A stretch of 64,000 nt of DNA, from positions 1,301,857-1,365,856 of the forward strand of contig CAVRTA010000006.1 of NCBI GenBank assembly GCA_963724135.1, given 5' to 3'. The notes under the pieces are model-generated. The model was not told the DNA's origin. It was given only the letters and a program-made list of their open reading frames with translations, and did not search any database. The position numbers and the translations under genes are program-made. Numbering within the stretch: position 1 is the stretch's first letter; each line of letters opens with the position of its first letter. This document shows positions 16,527 through 27,084 of the stretch, in pieces. The DNA comes from an uncultured Solirubrobacteraceae bacterium (GTDB lineage: Bacteria; Actinomycetota; Thermoleophilia; Solirubrobacterales; Solirubrobacteraceae).

Positions 16527-17606
16527 TTACGGCGTGAACTTGACGGTGATGACGTCGCCGTCGGTCATCGCGTAGTCGCGGCCCTCGAGGCGCAGCGTGC
16601 CCCGGTCGCGCGCGCCGGCGTAGCCGCCGGCCTCGACCAGCCGGTCCCAGGCGATCACCTCCGCGCGGACGAAGCCCTTCTGGATGTCGGAGTGCACTTC
16701 GCCGGCGGCGTGCCAGGCGGTCAGGCCGCGGCGCAGATGCCAGGACTGGGCGGGCTTGTCCTCGCCCGCCGTGAAGAAGGCGATCAGGTCGAGCAGCTCG
16801 AAGGCGCCGCGCACCACCCTGGCGAGACCGGACTCTCCGACCCCCATCTCGGCCCGCATGGCCACGGCCTCCTCGTCGTCGAGCTCGGACAGCTCGGCCT
16901 CGATGCGGCTGGACACCGCCACCGCCCTGGCACCGTGCGCGGCGGCGTGCTCGGCGATCGGCGCCGGCACGTCGTCCGCGCCCTCGTCGACGTTGGCGAT
17001 GAACAGGACCGGCTTGCCGCTCAGCGGCGATAGGTCGCGCAGGGCGCTGGGCGCGTCGGCGGGAAGCGGCACCGTGCGGGCCGGCTTGCCCTGCTGGAGC
17101 GCCGCGATCACCGCCCCCAGCCACGCCTCCTCGGCGACGGCGGCCCGGTCGCCCGAGCGGGCATCGCGCACGACCCGCGCGTGGCGGCGCTCGGCGGACT
17201 CCAGGTCCGCGTAGATCAACTCGGTCTCGATCGTCTCGATGTCGCGCACCGGGTCCACGCCGCCCTCGGGGTGGATCACGTTGGCATCGTGGTGGGCGCG
17301 GACGACGTGGAGGATCGCGTCGGTCTCGCGGATGTTGGCCAGGAACCGGTTGCCGAGCCCCTCGCCCTCGTGCGCGCCGCGGACGAGCCCGGCGATGTCG
17401 TGGACCTCGATGGTGTCCGGGACGACGCTCGAGGACCCGACGACCTGCGCCACCTGGTCGAGCCGCGGGTCGGGGACCGGCAGGACGGCGACGTTGGGCT
17501 CGATCGTCGTGAACGGGTAGTTGGCCGCCTCCGCGCCGGCGTTCGACAACGCGTTGAAGAGCGAGGACTTGCCGGCGTTCGGCAGGCCGACGATGCCCAC
17601 CTTCAT
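16527..17606 (-). CDS. ychF: ribosome-binding ATPase YchF
   Basis: MKVGIVGLPNAGKSSLFNAL..ANYPFTTIEPN..DIAGLV.GA..GEGLGN.FL. The C-terminal TGS-like tail is ..GRDYAMTDGDVITVKFTP. The start ATG 17606 lies inside ORF 16527..18092. Confidence 0.95.
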   Translation of the reverse strand: MKVGIVGLPNAGKSSLFNALSNAGAEAANYPFTTIEPNVAVLPVPDPRLDQVAQVVGSSSVVPDTIEVHDIAGLVRGAHEGEGLGNRFLANIRETDAILHVVRAHHDANVIHPEGGVDPVRDIETIETELIYADLESAERRHARVVRDARSGDRAAVAEEAWLGAVIAALQQGKPARTVPLPADAPSALRDLSPLSGKPVLFIANVDEGADDVPAPIAEHAAAHGARAVAVSSRIEAELSELDDEEAVAMRAEMGVGESGLARVVRGAFELLDLIAFFTAGEDKPAQSWHLRRGLTAWHAAGEVHSDIQKGFVRAEVIAWDRLVEAGGYAGARDRGTLRLEGRDYAMTDGDVITVKFTP

Positions 17607-18172
17607 GCCCGGCCGAGCCTCCCGAGGACCGTCCCGAGCGCCGCGCCGGCGACGATGTCGCTCGGGTAATGCACGCCGAGATACAGGCGGCTCAGCGCCA
17701 TCGGGACGGCGACGGCGTAGAGCAGCTGCGCGGGCACGAGGGCCGAGAACGCCTGCGCGGCGGCGAACGACGATGACGAGTGCGAGGAGGGGAAGGAGAG
17801 GCCTGTCGGCGTCTCCATCAGCTGCGGCAGATCCTCCACCGCCGGCCGCTGCCGGCCGACGGCGAGCTTGATCGAGGTCGAGATCACATACGCGCCGGCC
17901 ACCGTCACGGTGGCCCTGCGCCAGCGGCGAGCCCGACGGCGGTCGAGCACGGTTCCCGTGCCGCCGAGCGCGAGCCAGATCAGCCCGTGCTCGCCGAGCC
18001 CCGAGAAGCGGCGCACGCCGGCGATGTGGCCCTCGGCACGGGCGAGCCCGCGCACCGCCCGGTAGACCGCCAGGTCGACCGCGTTCAGCCACGCGCTCAG
18101 CCCGCCGCGCCGCTCCGCCTCGACCAGCGGCTCGACGACCTCGTCGACGTGCTCCGCCGGGTCGACGGTCAA
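17603..18172 (-). CDS. PAP2-family phosphatase
   Basis: The three PAP2 motifs are present: KLAVGRQRP, FPSSHS and SRLYLGVHYPSD. There is an ATGA overlap with ychF. Confidence 0.85.
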   Translation of the reverse strand: MTVDPAEHVDEVVEPLVEAERRGGLSAWLNAVDLAVYRAVRGLARAEGHIAGVRRFSGLGEHGLIWLALGGTGTVLDRRRARRWRRATVTVAGAYVISTSIKLAVGRQRPAVEDLPQLMETPTGLSFPSSHSSSSFAAAQAFSALVPAQLLYAVAVPMALSRLYLGVHYPSDIVAGAALGTVLGRLGRA

Positions 18173-18393
18173 AACCCGACGCGCTGCTCGTCGGACTCCA
18201 CGCGCAGGTAGATCACCTGCCCGAGGTTGACGAGCACCTCGCCATCGGCCGATTCGATGCTGCGAAAGCCGGTCTCCCCGGCGGTCAGCAGCTTCTGCAG
18301 CTCGGCGAGCCGTGCGGCGTCCAGCCGCAGGGACAGCGCGCCACCGGCGTGGAAGCCGAGGGCGATGCGCTTGGGACGGTCGGAAGCAGCCAT
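18169..18393 (-). CDS. small conserved hypothetical protein (DUF3107-like by recollection)
   Basis: 74 aa with GC3-rich codons and 4-nt and 1-nt overlaps with its neighbours. The C-terminus ..VIYLRVESDEQRVGF resembles actinobacterial DUF3107 proteins; this family call is from memory only. Confidence 0.5.
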   Translation of the reverse strand: MAASDRPKRIALGFHAGGALSLRLDAARLAELQKLLTAGETGFRSIESADGEVLVNLGQVIYLRVESDEQRVGF

Positions 18394-18845
18394 TAGTGAA
18401 TCTCCGCGGGTTCGACGATCTCGGTCAGCACGCCGCCGGTCGCGGCGGGGTGCAGGAAGGCGACGCGCGAGCTGCGGATGCCGGTGCGCGGCGACTCGTC
18501 GATCAGCCGCAGGCCGGCGTCGCGCAGCTCCGACAGGGTCACGTCGATATCGACGACCTGGTAGGCGACGTGGTGCAGGCCGGGGCCCTTCCGGGCCAGG
18601 AACTTGCCCACCGGCGTGTCGTCGGCGAGCGGGCGCAGCAGCTCGACGTGGTTCTCGCCCACGTCGAGCAGAACCGCCTCTACGCCCTGCGACTCGACCG
18701 TCTCACGGTGCACGAGGTCCATGCCGTAGGAGGACTCATACAGCTCGATCGCCGCGTCGAGGTCGGCGACGGCGACGCCGATGTGGTCGATGCGTCCGAA
18801 CAAGGCGGCCAGACTAGCTAGCGTCGCCCGGAGGGCGACATGCAT
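18393..18845 (-). CDS. methylmalonyl-CoA epimerase (VOC family)
   Basis: RIDHIGVAVADLDAAIELY..GPGLHHVAYQVVDID..RVAFLHP. The start is taken at ATG 18845; an internal TTG is also possible. Confidence 0.8.
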   Translation of the reverse strand: MHVALRATLASLAALFGRIDHIGVAVADLDAAIELYESSYGMDLVHRETVESQGVEAVLLDVGENHVELLRPLADDTPVGKFLARKGPGLHHVAYQVVDIDVTLSELRDAGLRLIDESPRTGIRSSRVAFLHPAATGGVLTEIVEPAEIH

Positions 18846-19628
18846 ATTCACCTCCTGTCCAACCCGGCCTCCGGCGGAGAGACGGATGTCGCGGAGATCG
18901 AGCGGCTGCTGGCGCGCGCGGGCGCCACGCTCACCGCACCCGAGCACGCGGAGCGAATCGTCGTCTGCGGCGGCGACGGGACGATCGGGAAGGCCGCCGC
19001 ACTGGCGGCTGAGCTCGAGGTCCCGCTGGCGGTGATCCCGACCGGCACCGCTAACGACTTCGCCCGCGCGCACGAGCTGCCCGACGACGTGGAAGAGGCG
19101 GCCCGGCTCGCGGTCCGCGGCGCGCCGGGGCCGGCGCTCGAGCTCGCGCGCATGGACGGCCGCCCGTTCGTCAACGTCGCCTCGGCCGGGCTGGCGGCGG
19201 CGGCCGCCGAGCGCGCGGCCTCCCTCAAGGGCGCGCTGGGTCCGCTCGCCTACCCCGCCGGCGGCGTGATCGCCGGGGCCACGGAGAGCCCGATCGCGTG
19301 CACCGTCGACGGGCATTTCGAGGGAGAGGCCTGGCAGCTGATGATCGCGAGCACCGGCGCCTTCGGCGGCGGCGCCCAGATCGACGCCGCCGAGCCCGGC
19401 GACGGGTGGCTCGACCTGATCGTGATCGAGTCCGGTTCGCGTATCGAGCTCGCGCGGCGCGCGCTCCAGCTGCGCCAGGGCGACCCCGACGGCGTGCGGG
19501 CCCGGGCCGACAGCTTCACCGTGCGGGTCGCGCCGCGGACGCCGTTCAACGTCGACGGGGAGGTCGTCGAGGCGGGCCCGGTCGTGCACTTCACCGTGGA
19601 CCACGCCGCCTACCGGCTCGTGGTCTGA
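18840..19628 (+). CDS. diacylglycerol/lipid kinase family protein (YegS/BmrU-like)
   Basis: The motifs NPASGG, VVCGGDGTIG and IPTGTANDFAR are present. Confidence 0.8.
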   Translation: MHIHLLSNPASGGETDVAEIERLLARAGATLTAPEHAERIVVCGGDGTIGKAAALAAELEVPLAVIPTGTANDFARAHELPDDVEEAARLAVRGAPGPALELARMDGRPFVNVASAGLAAAAAERAASLKGALGPLAYPAGGVIAGATESPIACTVDGHFEGEAWQLMIASTGAFGGGAQIDAAEPGDGWLDLIVIESGSRIELARRALQLRQGDPDGVRARADSFTVRVAPRTPFNVDGEVVEAGPVVHFTVDHAAYRLVV

Positions 19629-19641
19629 GCGGACTTCCCGG

Positions 19642-21879
19642 CTACGCCGTCGGGCGGCCGGTGCCGGTGCTGTCGGACTCGGTGTAGCGGGAGACGGCGA
19701 GGGCGACCCCGTCGCGACCGCGCCGGCGGACCTCGGAGACGGCGCCGTCGGCGCGCTCGAGCAACTCCTCGTCGCTTTCCTCTGCGTCCGCGACCGCGAC
19801 GCCGATCGACAGCGTCACGCCCAGGCGCTCGCGTGCCCGCGCCTGGAGGGTCCAGGCGACCTCCTGGGCCGCCCCGCGGCCTGCGGTGTCGAGCAACAGC
19901 GCGAACTCCTCGTCGTCGAGGCGGTACGCGCTGCCCGGCTGAGGCGCGATCTCGGCCAGCAGCTCGGCCAGGTCACGCAGGATCGCCTCGGGATCCTCGG
20001 TGCCGAACGGGACCTCGCCCAGCTCGGCGAGCACGACCGCCGTGCGCTGGCCGGCCTGCGCGGCGGCCTGGCGGCGCTTGGGCAGCCGCTTGTGGAAGGC
20101 CTCCTCGTGCTCGAGCCCCGTGAGCGGGTCGCGGGCGGCGCGGTCGCGCAGCTCACCCACCGCGGCGAGCCCGCGCAGCTGCGCGGCGCATTGGACGCCG
20201 AGAAGCTCGACGAGCTCCGTGCGCTCGGTCTCCGGCGCCAGCGTCGAGCGGTCGGCCAGGGCGAGGAAGCCGATGCGCGCGCGCCCGACGGCGAGGGGGA
20301 CGACGAGGAGCGCCCCCGCGCCGGCCTGGCGCAGGACCTCGGCGACCCCGTCCCCGCGTCCGGTGCCGTCGGCCATGCTCAGCATCGAGGTGCCGTGCTC
20401 GACCCAGCGGCCCATGGTGTCGAGGTCGGCCGGCTCGAGCATGGCGAAGATGTCGGCCAGGGGACCGGCGGCGTGGTGGGCCAGGAAGCGCCCATCGTGA
20501 TCGCGCAGCGCGATCAGGCCCGTCTCCATGCCGGAGACCTCGAGCCCGGCCGCCACGGCCTCCCGGATCACGCCGTCGGGATCCTCGACCTGCGCCGCGC
20601 GAGCGGCGGCGCGCGCCAGGCGCTGGCCCGGTGTCGGCTCGTCGAGGCGACCGAACTCGGCCAGACGGCGGGACAGCAGCTCGACGGCGCGGTCGGCCTC
20701 GCGAATGTGGTCCTCGCCGATCGGCGTCGCGGACTCGATGCTCAGTACGCCCACGACGCGGGCGCCGATGTCGATCGGGAGGCAGCGAGCGGTCTTGACC
20801 GTGCTGATCGCGCGCAGGAAGCTGTCCGAGGTCGAGACGTCCTCCTCCACCACGGGCTCGCCGGTCCGGTAGCAGCGCCCGACCAGGCCCGACTCCGTCG
20901 TCATGCCGTCGAAGATCGCGTAGTACCCGCGTGCTGCCAGGCAGCGCAGCCGCTCGCCCTGCTCGACGAACACGGCCGGGAGGACGCCCAGATGCGCGAG
21001 ATGGTCGGCGGCGGCGGCGCAGGCGTCGGCGGGCGTGGCGGCCAGTGCCACGGCCGCCTCGAGAGCGGACATGCGCTGGATGGCCGAGTTCGACAGCGAC
21101 GGGCCCGTGGGCTTGTGCTCGAGCACGGGCACCTCGGGCCACGGCGAGGCCGGCTTGCCGAACAGCCAGCCCTGCGCGAAGTCGATCTGGCTCTCGCGCA
21201 GAACCTCCAGCTCTTCCCGCCGCTCGACGCCCTCGGCGACGATGACGGCGCCGACCTCGCGCGCGAACGCGGCGAGAGCGCGCAGGAGCGCCTGGCGGTT
21301 GGGGTCCTTGTCGATGTCGGCGACGAGCCCGCGCGTGAGCTTGAGGAAGTCGGGGCGCAGCTCGACGACGTGCTCGAGCGAGGCGTAGCCGGCGCCGGTG
21401 TCGTCGATGGCGATCTGCGCGCCGCGCGCGACCCAGGGCGCGAGGTCCGCGCGCAGCTGCGCGTAGTCGTCGATGTCCGTCTGCTCGGTGATCTCGATGA
21501 CGAGCCGCGATGGGAGACGGTCGGCCAGCATGAACAGGCCGGGGTGGCGCAGCGCGCCGGGACTGATGTTGACGAACAGCAGGCCCCCGCCCGGCGGGGA
21601 GCCGGCCGCGGCCATCGCCGCCCAGCAGGCGACCTCGAGATCCTCGCGCATGCCGATCTCGGCGGCCGCCGCCAGAGTCACGTCCGGCGGCATGTTGCTC
21701 AGGCCCTCGGCGTAGGGGAAACGCGCCAGGCCCTCGTAGCCGATCGCCTCGAGGTCGCTCGTGCGTACGATCGGCTGGTAGACCGGCTCGATGCTGCCGG
21801 GCTCGAGCAGTCGCTGGAGATGCGCGAGCCTCCGCAGCGTCGCGGCAGGGGCGTTGCGAATTGAGGAAACCATCCCCAC
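19642..21879 (-). CDS. signalling protein with N-terminal EAL, two GAF-like domains and a C-terminal degenerate GGDEF domain
   Basis: EAL motifs: YQPIV, YEGLARF, FVNISP, IEITE, AIDDTGAGYASL, LKLTR, VAEGVE, QGWLFGKP. The C-terminus has RDPLTGLEHEEAF...AYRLDDEEFALLL...SIGVAV (DDEEF in place of GGDEF). Confidence 0.85.
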   Translation of the reverse strand: MGMVSSIRNAPAATLRRLAHLQRLLEPGSIEPVYQPIVRTSDLEAIGYEGLARFPYAEGLSNMPPDVTLAAAAEIGMREDLEVACWAAMAAAGSPPGGGLLFVNISPGALRHPGLFMLADRLPSRLVIEITEQTDIDDYAQLRADLAPWVARGAQIAIDDTGAGYASLEHVVELRPDFLKLTRGLVADIDKDPNRQALLRALAAFAREVGAVIVAEGVERREELEVLRESQIDFAQGWLFGKPASPWPEVPVLEHKPTGPSLSNSAIQRMSALEAAVALAATPADACAAAADHLAHLGVLPAVFVEQGERLRCLAARGYYAIFDGMTTESGLVGRCYRTGEPVVEEDVSTSDSFLRAISTVKTARCLPIDIGARVVGVLSIESATPIGEDHIREADRAVELLSRRLAEFGRLDEPTPGQRLARAAARAAQVEDPDGVIREAVAAGLEVSGMETGLIALRDHDGRFLAHHAAGPLADIFAMLEPADLDTMGRWVEHGTSMLSMADGTGRGDGVAEVLRQAGAGALLVVPLAVGRARIGFLALADRSTLAPETERTELVELLGVQCAAQLRGLAAVGELRDRAARDPLTGLEHEEAFHKRLPKRRQAAAQAGQRTAVVLAELGEVPFGTEDPEAILRDLAELLAEIAPQPGSAYRLDDEEFALLLDTAGRGAAQEVAWTLQARARERLGVTLSIGVAVADAEESDEELLERADGAVSEVRRRGRDGVALAVSRYTESDSTGTGRPTA

Positions 21880-21953
21880 CTAGCGCTCATCGGCGCCGCG
21901 GCGCGGAATCTTGATCGTGAACGTGGGCGTTCAGAGGCCCGCGGACGGACGTC

Positions 21954-23501
<1,548 letters not shown>

Positions 23502-23587
23502 CCGTGCTCCGAGTCCGTAACTACAAACGACCACTACCCGTCAATCAAGCGAAACTGCCGCTGTCTCGCCCGTTTGGGGTCTCGACC

Positions 23588-24358
23588 CTATGTCCCTTCC
23601 ACGCGCAGGATCTCGCCGAGCGCGGCGCGGCCGACCTCGAGCTGGCGCTCGTCGGGCTCGCGCGTGCCGATGGCGCGCTGGATCGCGAATCCCGGGCGGC
23701 GGAAGGCGCGGCTGAGCCGGGTGCCGGCATTGCGCTCGGCCCAGGCGAACGCCTCGACTGCGACCGCGGCCGAGGCGAGCGCGACGGCGCCGCCTGCGAT
23801 CGGATGCGGGCGCTCCAGCGCGCGCCGCAGCAGCAGCGTCCCGGCCAGGTTGGAGGCCATCATCGGGGCGACGAGATGCGAGCCGCAGCGCTCGTGCTCC
23901 TTGTCGGTGTTCGCGGCGTCGTCGTCCTGCTCGTAGGCGGCGATCGCCTTGTGCTCGACGCCGTGGTACTGGGCGACCTCGCCGGCGCGCAGGGTGAACA
24001 GCGCGGGCGCGACCGACAGCAGTGCCGCCCCGATCTCGCCGCGGGCGCCCCGGCGCCGCAGCAGTGTGCCGCCGACCGTGGCCGCGCCGGTGACGGCGAC
24101 CACGGAGGCGTGCTGGAACGGCAGGCGCGCCTCCGGCAGGCCGCGCTTGACGAGCGGGATCACCAGCATCGCCTCGGTCAGGCGGGCGACGCCGCGGACC
24201 CCCGGGACGCGATCGGCGGCCCGCAGGCGCGGCTTGCGGCCGCTGGCGACCTTGATCGCGCCGTCCCTCGCGCGCACGGCGGCGGCCCAGTGGGTGGGTC
24301 CGTGGACGAGCAGGCCGTTGGCCAGTGCCATCCCTCCGAGTCGCAGCTTGTCGCTCAT
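23588..24358 (-). CDS. DUF1385-family protein
   Basis: GGMALANGLLVHGP, YHGVEHKAIAAYE and HERCGSHL match my recollection of DUF1385. Confidence 0.7.
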   Translation of the reverse strand: MSDKLRLGGMALANGLLVHGPTHWAAAVRARDGAIKVASGRKPRLRAADRVPGVRGVARLTEAMLVIPLVKRGLPEARLPFQHASVVAVTGAATVGGTLLRRRGARGEIGAALLSVAPALFTLRAGEVAQYHGVEHKAIAAYEQDDDAANTDKEHERCGSHLVAPMMASNLAGTLLLRRALERPHPIAGGAVALASAAVAVEAFAWAERNAGTRLSRAFRRPGFAIQRAIGTREPDERQLEVGRAALGEILRVEGT

Positions 24359-25653
24359 CCCAGGAGAGTCCTCGGCAGTTGCGCGTAGAACTCAACCGCG
24401 AAGCCTAGGTCCCTGACGTCGATCCTCTCGTCGGCACCGTGGACCAGGGGCCAGCCGTCGTAGAGGGTCTGGTGGCGCTGGGGGAAGAACCCGTACGCGA
24501 CGCAGTCGGGGAAGGCCGCGCGCCACCAGCGGCTGTCGGTGAAGGCGGGAAGGACCGTCGGGATCGCCTCGGCGCCGGGGTCCGCCTCCGCCACCCAGTC
24601 CGCGATCGCGTCCATGAGCTCGGACGCGACGGGTGAGTGGTTGCCGACGACCTGCTCGAGCCAGGTCGGCTCGAGACCGTCGAGCAGCCCGCTCAGCCGC
24701 TCGGCGACCGCGGCGGGCTCCATCCCCGCCGGAGCCCGGCAGTCGACGCGCAGCTCGGCGGCGTTGGGCACCACGTTGATCTTCTGCGAGGCGCTGATCA
24801 TGGTCGGAGCGACGGTGAGCCCGAGGCCGGCGCGCACGATCGGCGCGATGCGCGGCTCGGTGGCGGCGATGTGCGCGATCGCCACGGCCGGGTCGTCCGG
24901 GTCCTCTCCCAGTCCGGTGAGCAGCCCGCGGGCGTGCTCGGTGAGGTCGAACGGGAGCTCGGCGTCGGCGAGCGCGTGCAGCGCGGGCAGCAGCTTGAGC
25001 AGCGCGTTGTCGGCGAGCGCCGGTACCGACGCGTGACCGGCGCGGCCGTGCGCGGTGAGCGCGAAGCGGAAGGTGCCCTTCTCCGCGCAGCAGACGCCGT
25101 AGAGGCGGCGGTCGCCGTAGGGCATGACCATTCCGGCGCCCTCGTTGAGGAGGAAGTCGCAGCGCGCGAGGTCGGGGCGGTTCTGCGTCAGCCACCGGGC
25201 GCCCAGCGCGCCGCCGGTCTCCTCGTCGACGACGGCGAACACCCTCAGGGCACCGGCACTTGGCCGCCAGCCGCTGCGGGCCAGGTGCGCGGCGGCGACC
25301 GCCTCGGCGGCGACCTGGGACTTCATGTCGATGGCGCCGCGTCCCCACACGAAGCCGTCTCGCTGCTCGCCGCCCCACGGGTCGCGCGACCAGGCGTCGC
25401 GGTCGGCGAGGACGGTGTCGACGTGGCCGAGGTACCCGAGCACGCGGCCGGTGCCCGGATCGCCGAGCGTGGCGACGAGGTTCGGCCGCTCCGGCTGCGC
25501 GCCGTCGAGTTCCGTGTCCAGGCCCGCGTCGGCGAGGTAGTCGCGCAGCCACTCCATCGCGGCGCGCTCGTTCCCCGGCGGGTTGACCGTGTCGAAGCGG
25601 ATCAGCGCGCTGAGGACGTCGGCGGTCTCCTGCTGGAGGTCCACGCTCGTCAC
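24355..25653 (-). CDS. M20-family metallopeptidase (ArgE/DapE/ACY1/CPG2-like)
   Basis: This is the C-terminal 432 aa of ORF 24355..26844, from GTG 25653. The motifs LGHVDTV, GRGAIDMKS, VDEETGG and GRAGHAS are present. Confidence 0.8.
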   Translation of the reverse strand: MTSVDLQQETADVLSALIRFDTVNPPGNERAAMEWLRDYLADAGLDTELDGAQPERPNLVATLGDPGTGRVLGYLGHVDTVLADRDAWSRDPWGGEQRDGFVWGRGAIDMKSQVAAEAVAAAHLARSGWRPSAGALRVFAVVDEETGGALGARWLTQNRPDLARCDFLLNEGAGMVMPYGDRRLYGVCCAEKGTFRFALTAHGRAGHASVPALADNALLKLLPALHALADAELPFDLTEHARGLLTGLGEDPDDPAVAIAHIAATEPRIAPIVRAGLGLTVAPTMISASQKINVVPNAAELRVDCRAPAGMEPAAVAERLSGLLDGLEPTWLEQVVGNHSPVASELMDAIADWVAEADPGAEAIPTVLPAFTDSRWWRAAFPDCVAYGFFPQRHQTLYDGWPLVHGADERIDVRDLGFAVEFYAQLPRTLLG

Positions 25654-25662
25654 ACTATCCCC

Positions 25663-26946
25663 GTGGATCAGCTGTTCGAGCCGCCCGAGCCCGACCGCGG
25701 CGCGCCTGAGGCGGCACCGGACGCGCCGCTGGCCGCCCGCATGCGGCCGGCGTCGCTCGACGAGGTCGTCGGCCAGGAGCACCTGCTCGCCGAGGGGACC
25801 GCGCTGCGGTCGGCGATCGAGCAGGGGGCGCCGCACTCGATGATCCTGTTCGGGCCGCCCGGGACAGGGAAGACGACGCTCGCGCGGCTGGTCGCTCGGG
25901 AGTCCGACTACGCCTTCGAGGAGCTGTCCGCCGTCCAGGCGGGGCGGGCGGAGGTGCGCGAGGTGATGGCGCGGGCGGGTGAGCGCCGCCGGGGCGGTCA
26001 GGGCACGGTCTTCTTCCTCGACGAGATCCACCGCTTCAACAAGGCTCAGCAGGACGCGCTGCTGCCGGCGGTCGAGGACGGGACGGTCGTGCTGATCGGG
26101 GCCACGACGGAGAATCCGTTCTTCGAGGTCAACTCGGCGCTGCTGTCGCGCACGCGCGTTTACGAACTGCACGCGCTCAGCGACGACGACATCGTCGCGC
26201 TGCTGCGGCGGGCCCACCCCGCGATCGGTGATGGCGTCGCGTCCTTCCTCGCCGCGCGTTCCGGCGGCGACGCGCGCACCGCGCTCAACGCGCTCGAGCT
26301 GGCGCTCGAGGCCCATGACGAGCTCACCATGGAGGCGGCCGAGGACGCGCTCCAGCGCAAGGCGATCCTCTACGACCGCGCCGGCGACAAGCACTTCGAC
26401 TTCATCTCGGCCTGGATCAAGTCGACCCGCGGCTCGGATCCCGACGCCTCGCTGTACTACCTCGCGGTCATGCTCGAGGGGGGCGAGGACGCCCGCTTCA
26501 TCGCGCGCCGGATGATCGTCCTGGCCTCCGAGGACATCGGCAACGCCGATCCCCACGCGCTGACGGTGGCGGTCGCCGCCGCGCAGGCGGTGGAGCACGT
26601 CGGCCTGCCCGAGGCGCAGTTCGCACTCTCCCAGGCGGCGATCTACCTCGCTCTCGCGCCGAAGTCCAACGCGGCCAAGCGCGCGATCCTCGACGCGCGG
26701 GCGTACGTCCGCGAGCACGGCGCGCACGACCCGCCCGCGCCCCTGCGGTCGTCCTCCTATCCGAAGGCGGCCAAGGCGCTGGGGCGCGCTCAGGGATACG
26801 ACAACCCCCACAACCACCCGGGGCACGTCAACACGCAGGAGCACCTGCCCGAGGAGGTAGGCGACGCGCGCTTCTACCGGCCCGACGACGCCGAGACGGC
26901 CTTCCGCGACACCCTCGAGGAGGCACGCCGCACCCGCGGCCGCTAA
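25663..26946 (+). CDS. rarA: replication-associated recombination protein A (AAA+ MgsA/RarA)
   Basis: The in-frame GTG 25663 lies inside ORF 24637..26946. The motifs MILFGPPGTGKTTLA, FLDEIHRFNKAQQDALLP, LIGATTENP, YDRAGDKHFD and GEDARFIARRM are present. Confidence 0.9.
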   Translation: MDQLFEPPEPDRGAPEAAPDAPLAARMRPASLDEVVGQEHLLAEGTALRSAIEQGAPHSMILFGPPGTGKTTLARLVARESDYAFEELSAVQAGRAEVREVMARAGERRRGGQGTVFFLDEIHRFNKAQQDALLPAVEDGTVVLIGATTENPFFEVNSALLSRTRVYELHALSDDDIVALLRRAHPAIGDGVASFLAARSGGDARTALNALELALEAHDELTMEAAEDALQRKAILYDRAGDKHFDFISAWIKSTRGSDPDASLYYLAVMLEGGEDARFIARRMIVLASEDIGNADPHALTVAVAAAQAVEHVGLPEAQFALSQAAIYLALAPKSNAAKRAILDARAYVREHGAHDPPAPLRSSSYPKAAKALGRAQGYDNPHNHPGHVNTQEHLPEEVGDARFYRPDDAETAFRDTLEEARRTRGR

Positions 26947-27005
26947 TCAGGGGACAGTCCCCCGGTTAGCGCCTGCTGATCAGGGGACGGTCCCCTTGTT
27001 AGCGC
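26942..27005. repeat. two tandem 31-bp hairpin units GCT(A/G)ATCAGGGGAC-N-GTCCCC...TTAGCGC
   Basis: Unit 1 is 26942-26972 and unit 2 is 26975-27005, matching at 26 of 31 positions. Each unit contains the palindrome GGGGAC-N-GTCCCC. Unit 1 starts 2 nt upstream of the rarA stop codon TAA (26944-26946) and contains it. Confidence 0.75.
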
Positions 27006-27084
27006 GTGGTGCATCTGTGAGGTCGGGCACGGTTGGCGGGATGTTCACGAGGGATTCAGGGTTGCCGGTCCTAATGGAAGGGCA

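Noticed and set aside
23518-23548. A sigma-70-like promoter (TTGATT/TTGACG ... TAGTTA) upstream of the FtsH paralogue.
   Set aside because: The spacer would be 15 or 19 nt and the -10 hexamer is poor. This is too weak to call without TSS data.
26942-27005. A CRISPR array or other repeat-spacer structure.
   Set aside because: There are only two adjacent units with a 2-nt spacer. There are no spacers and no cas genes. The dispersed palindromes are single copies at gene ends.
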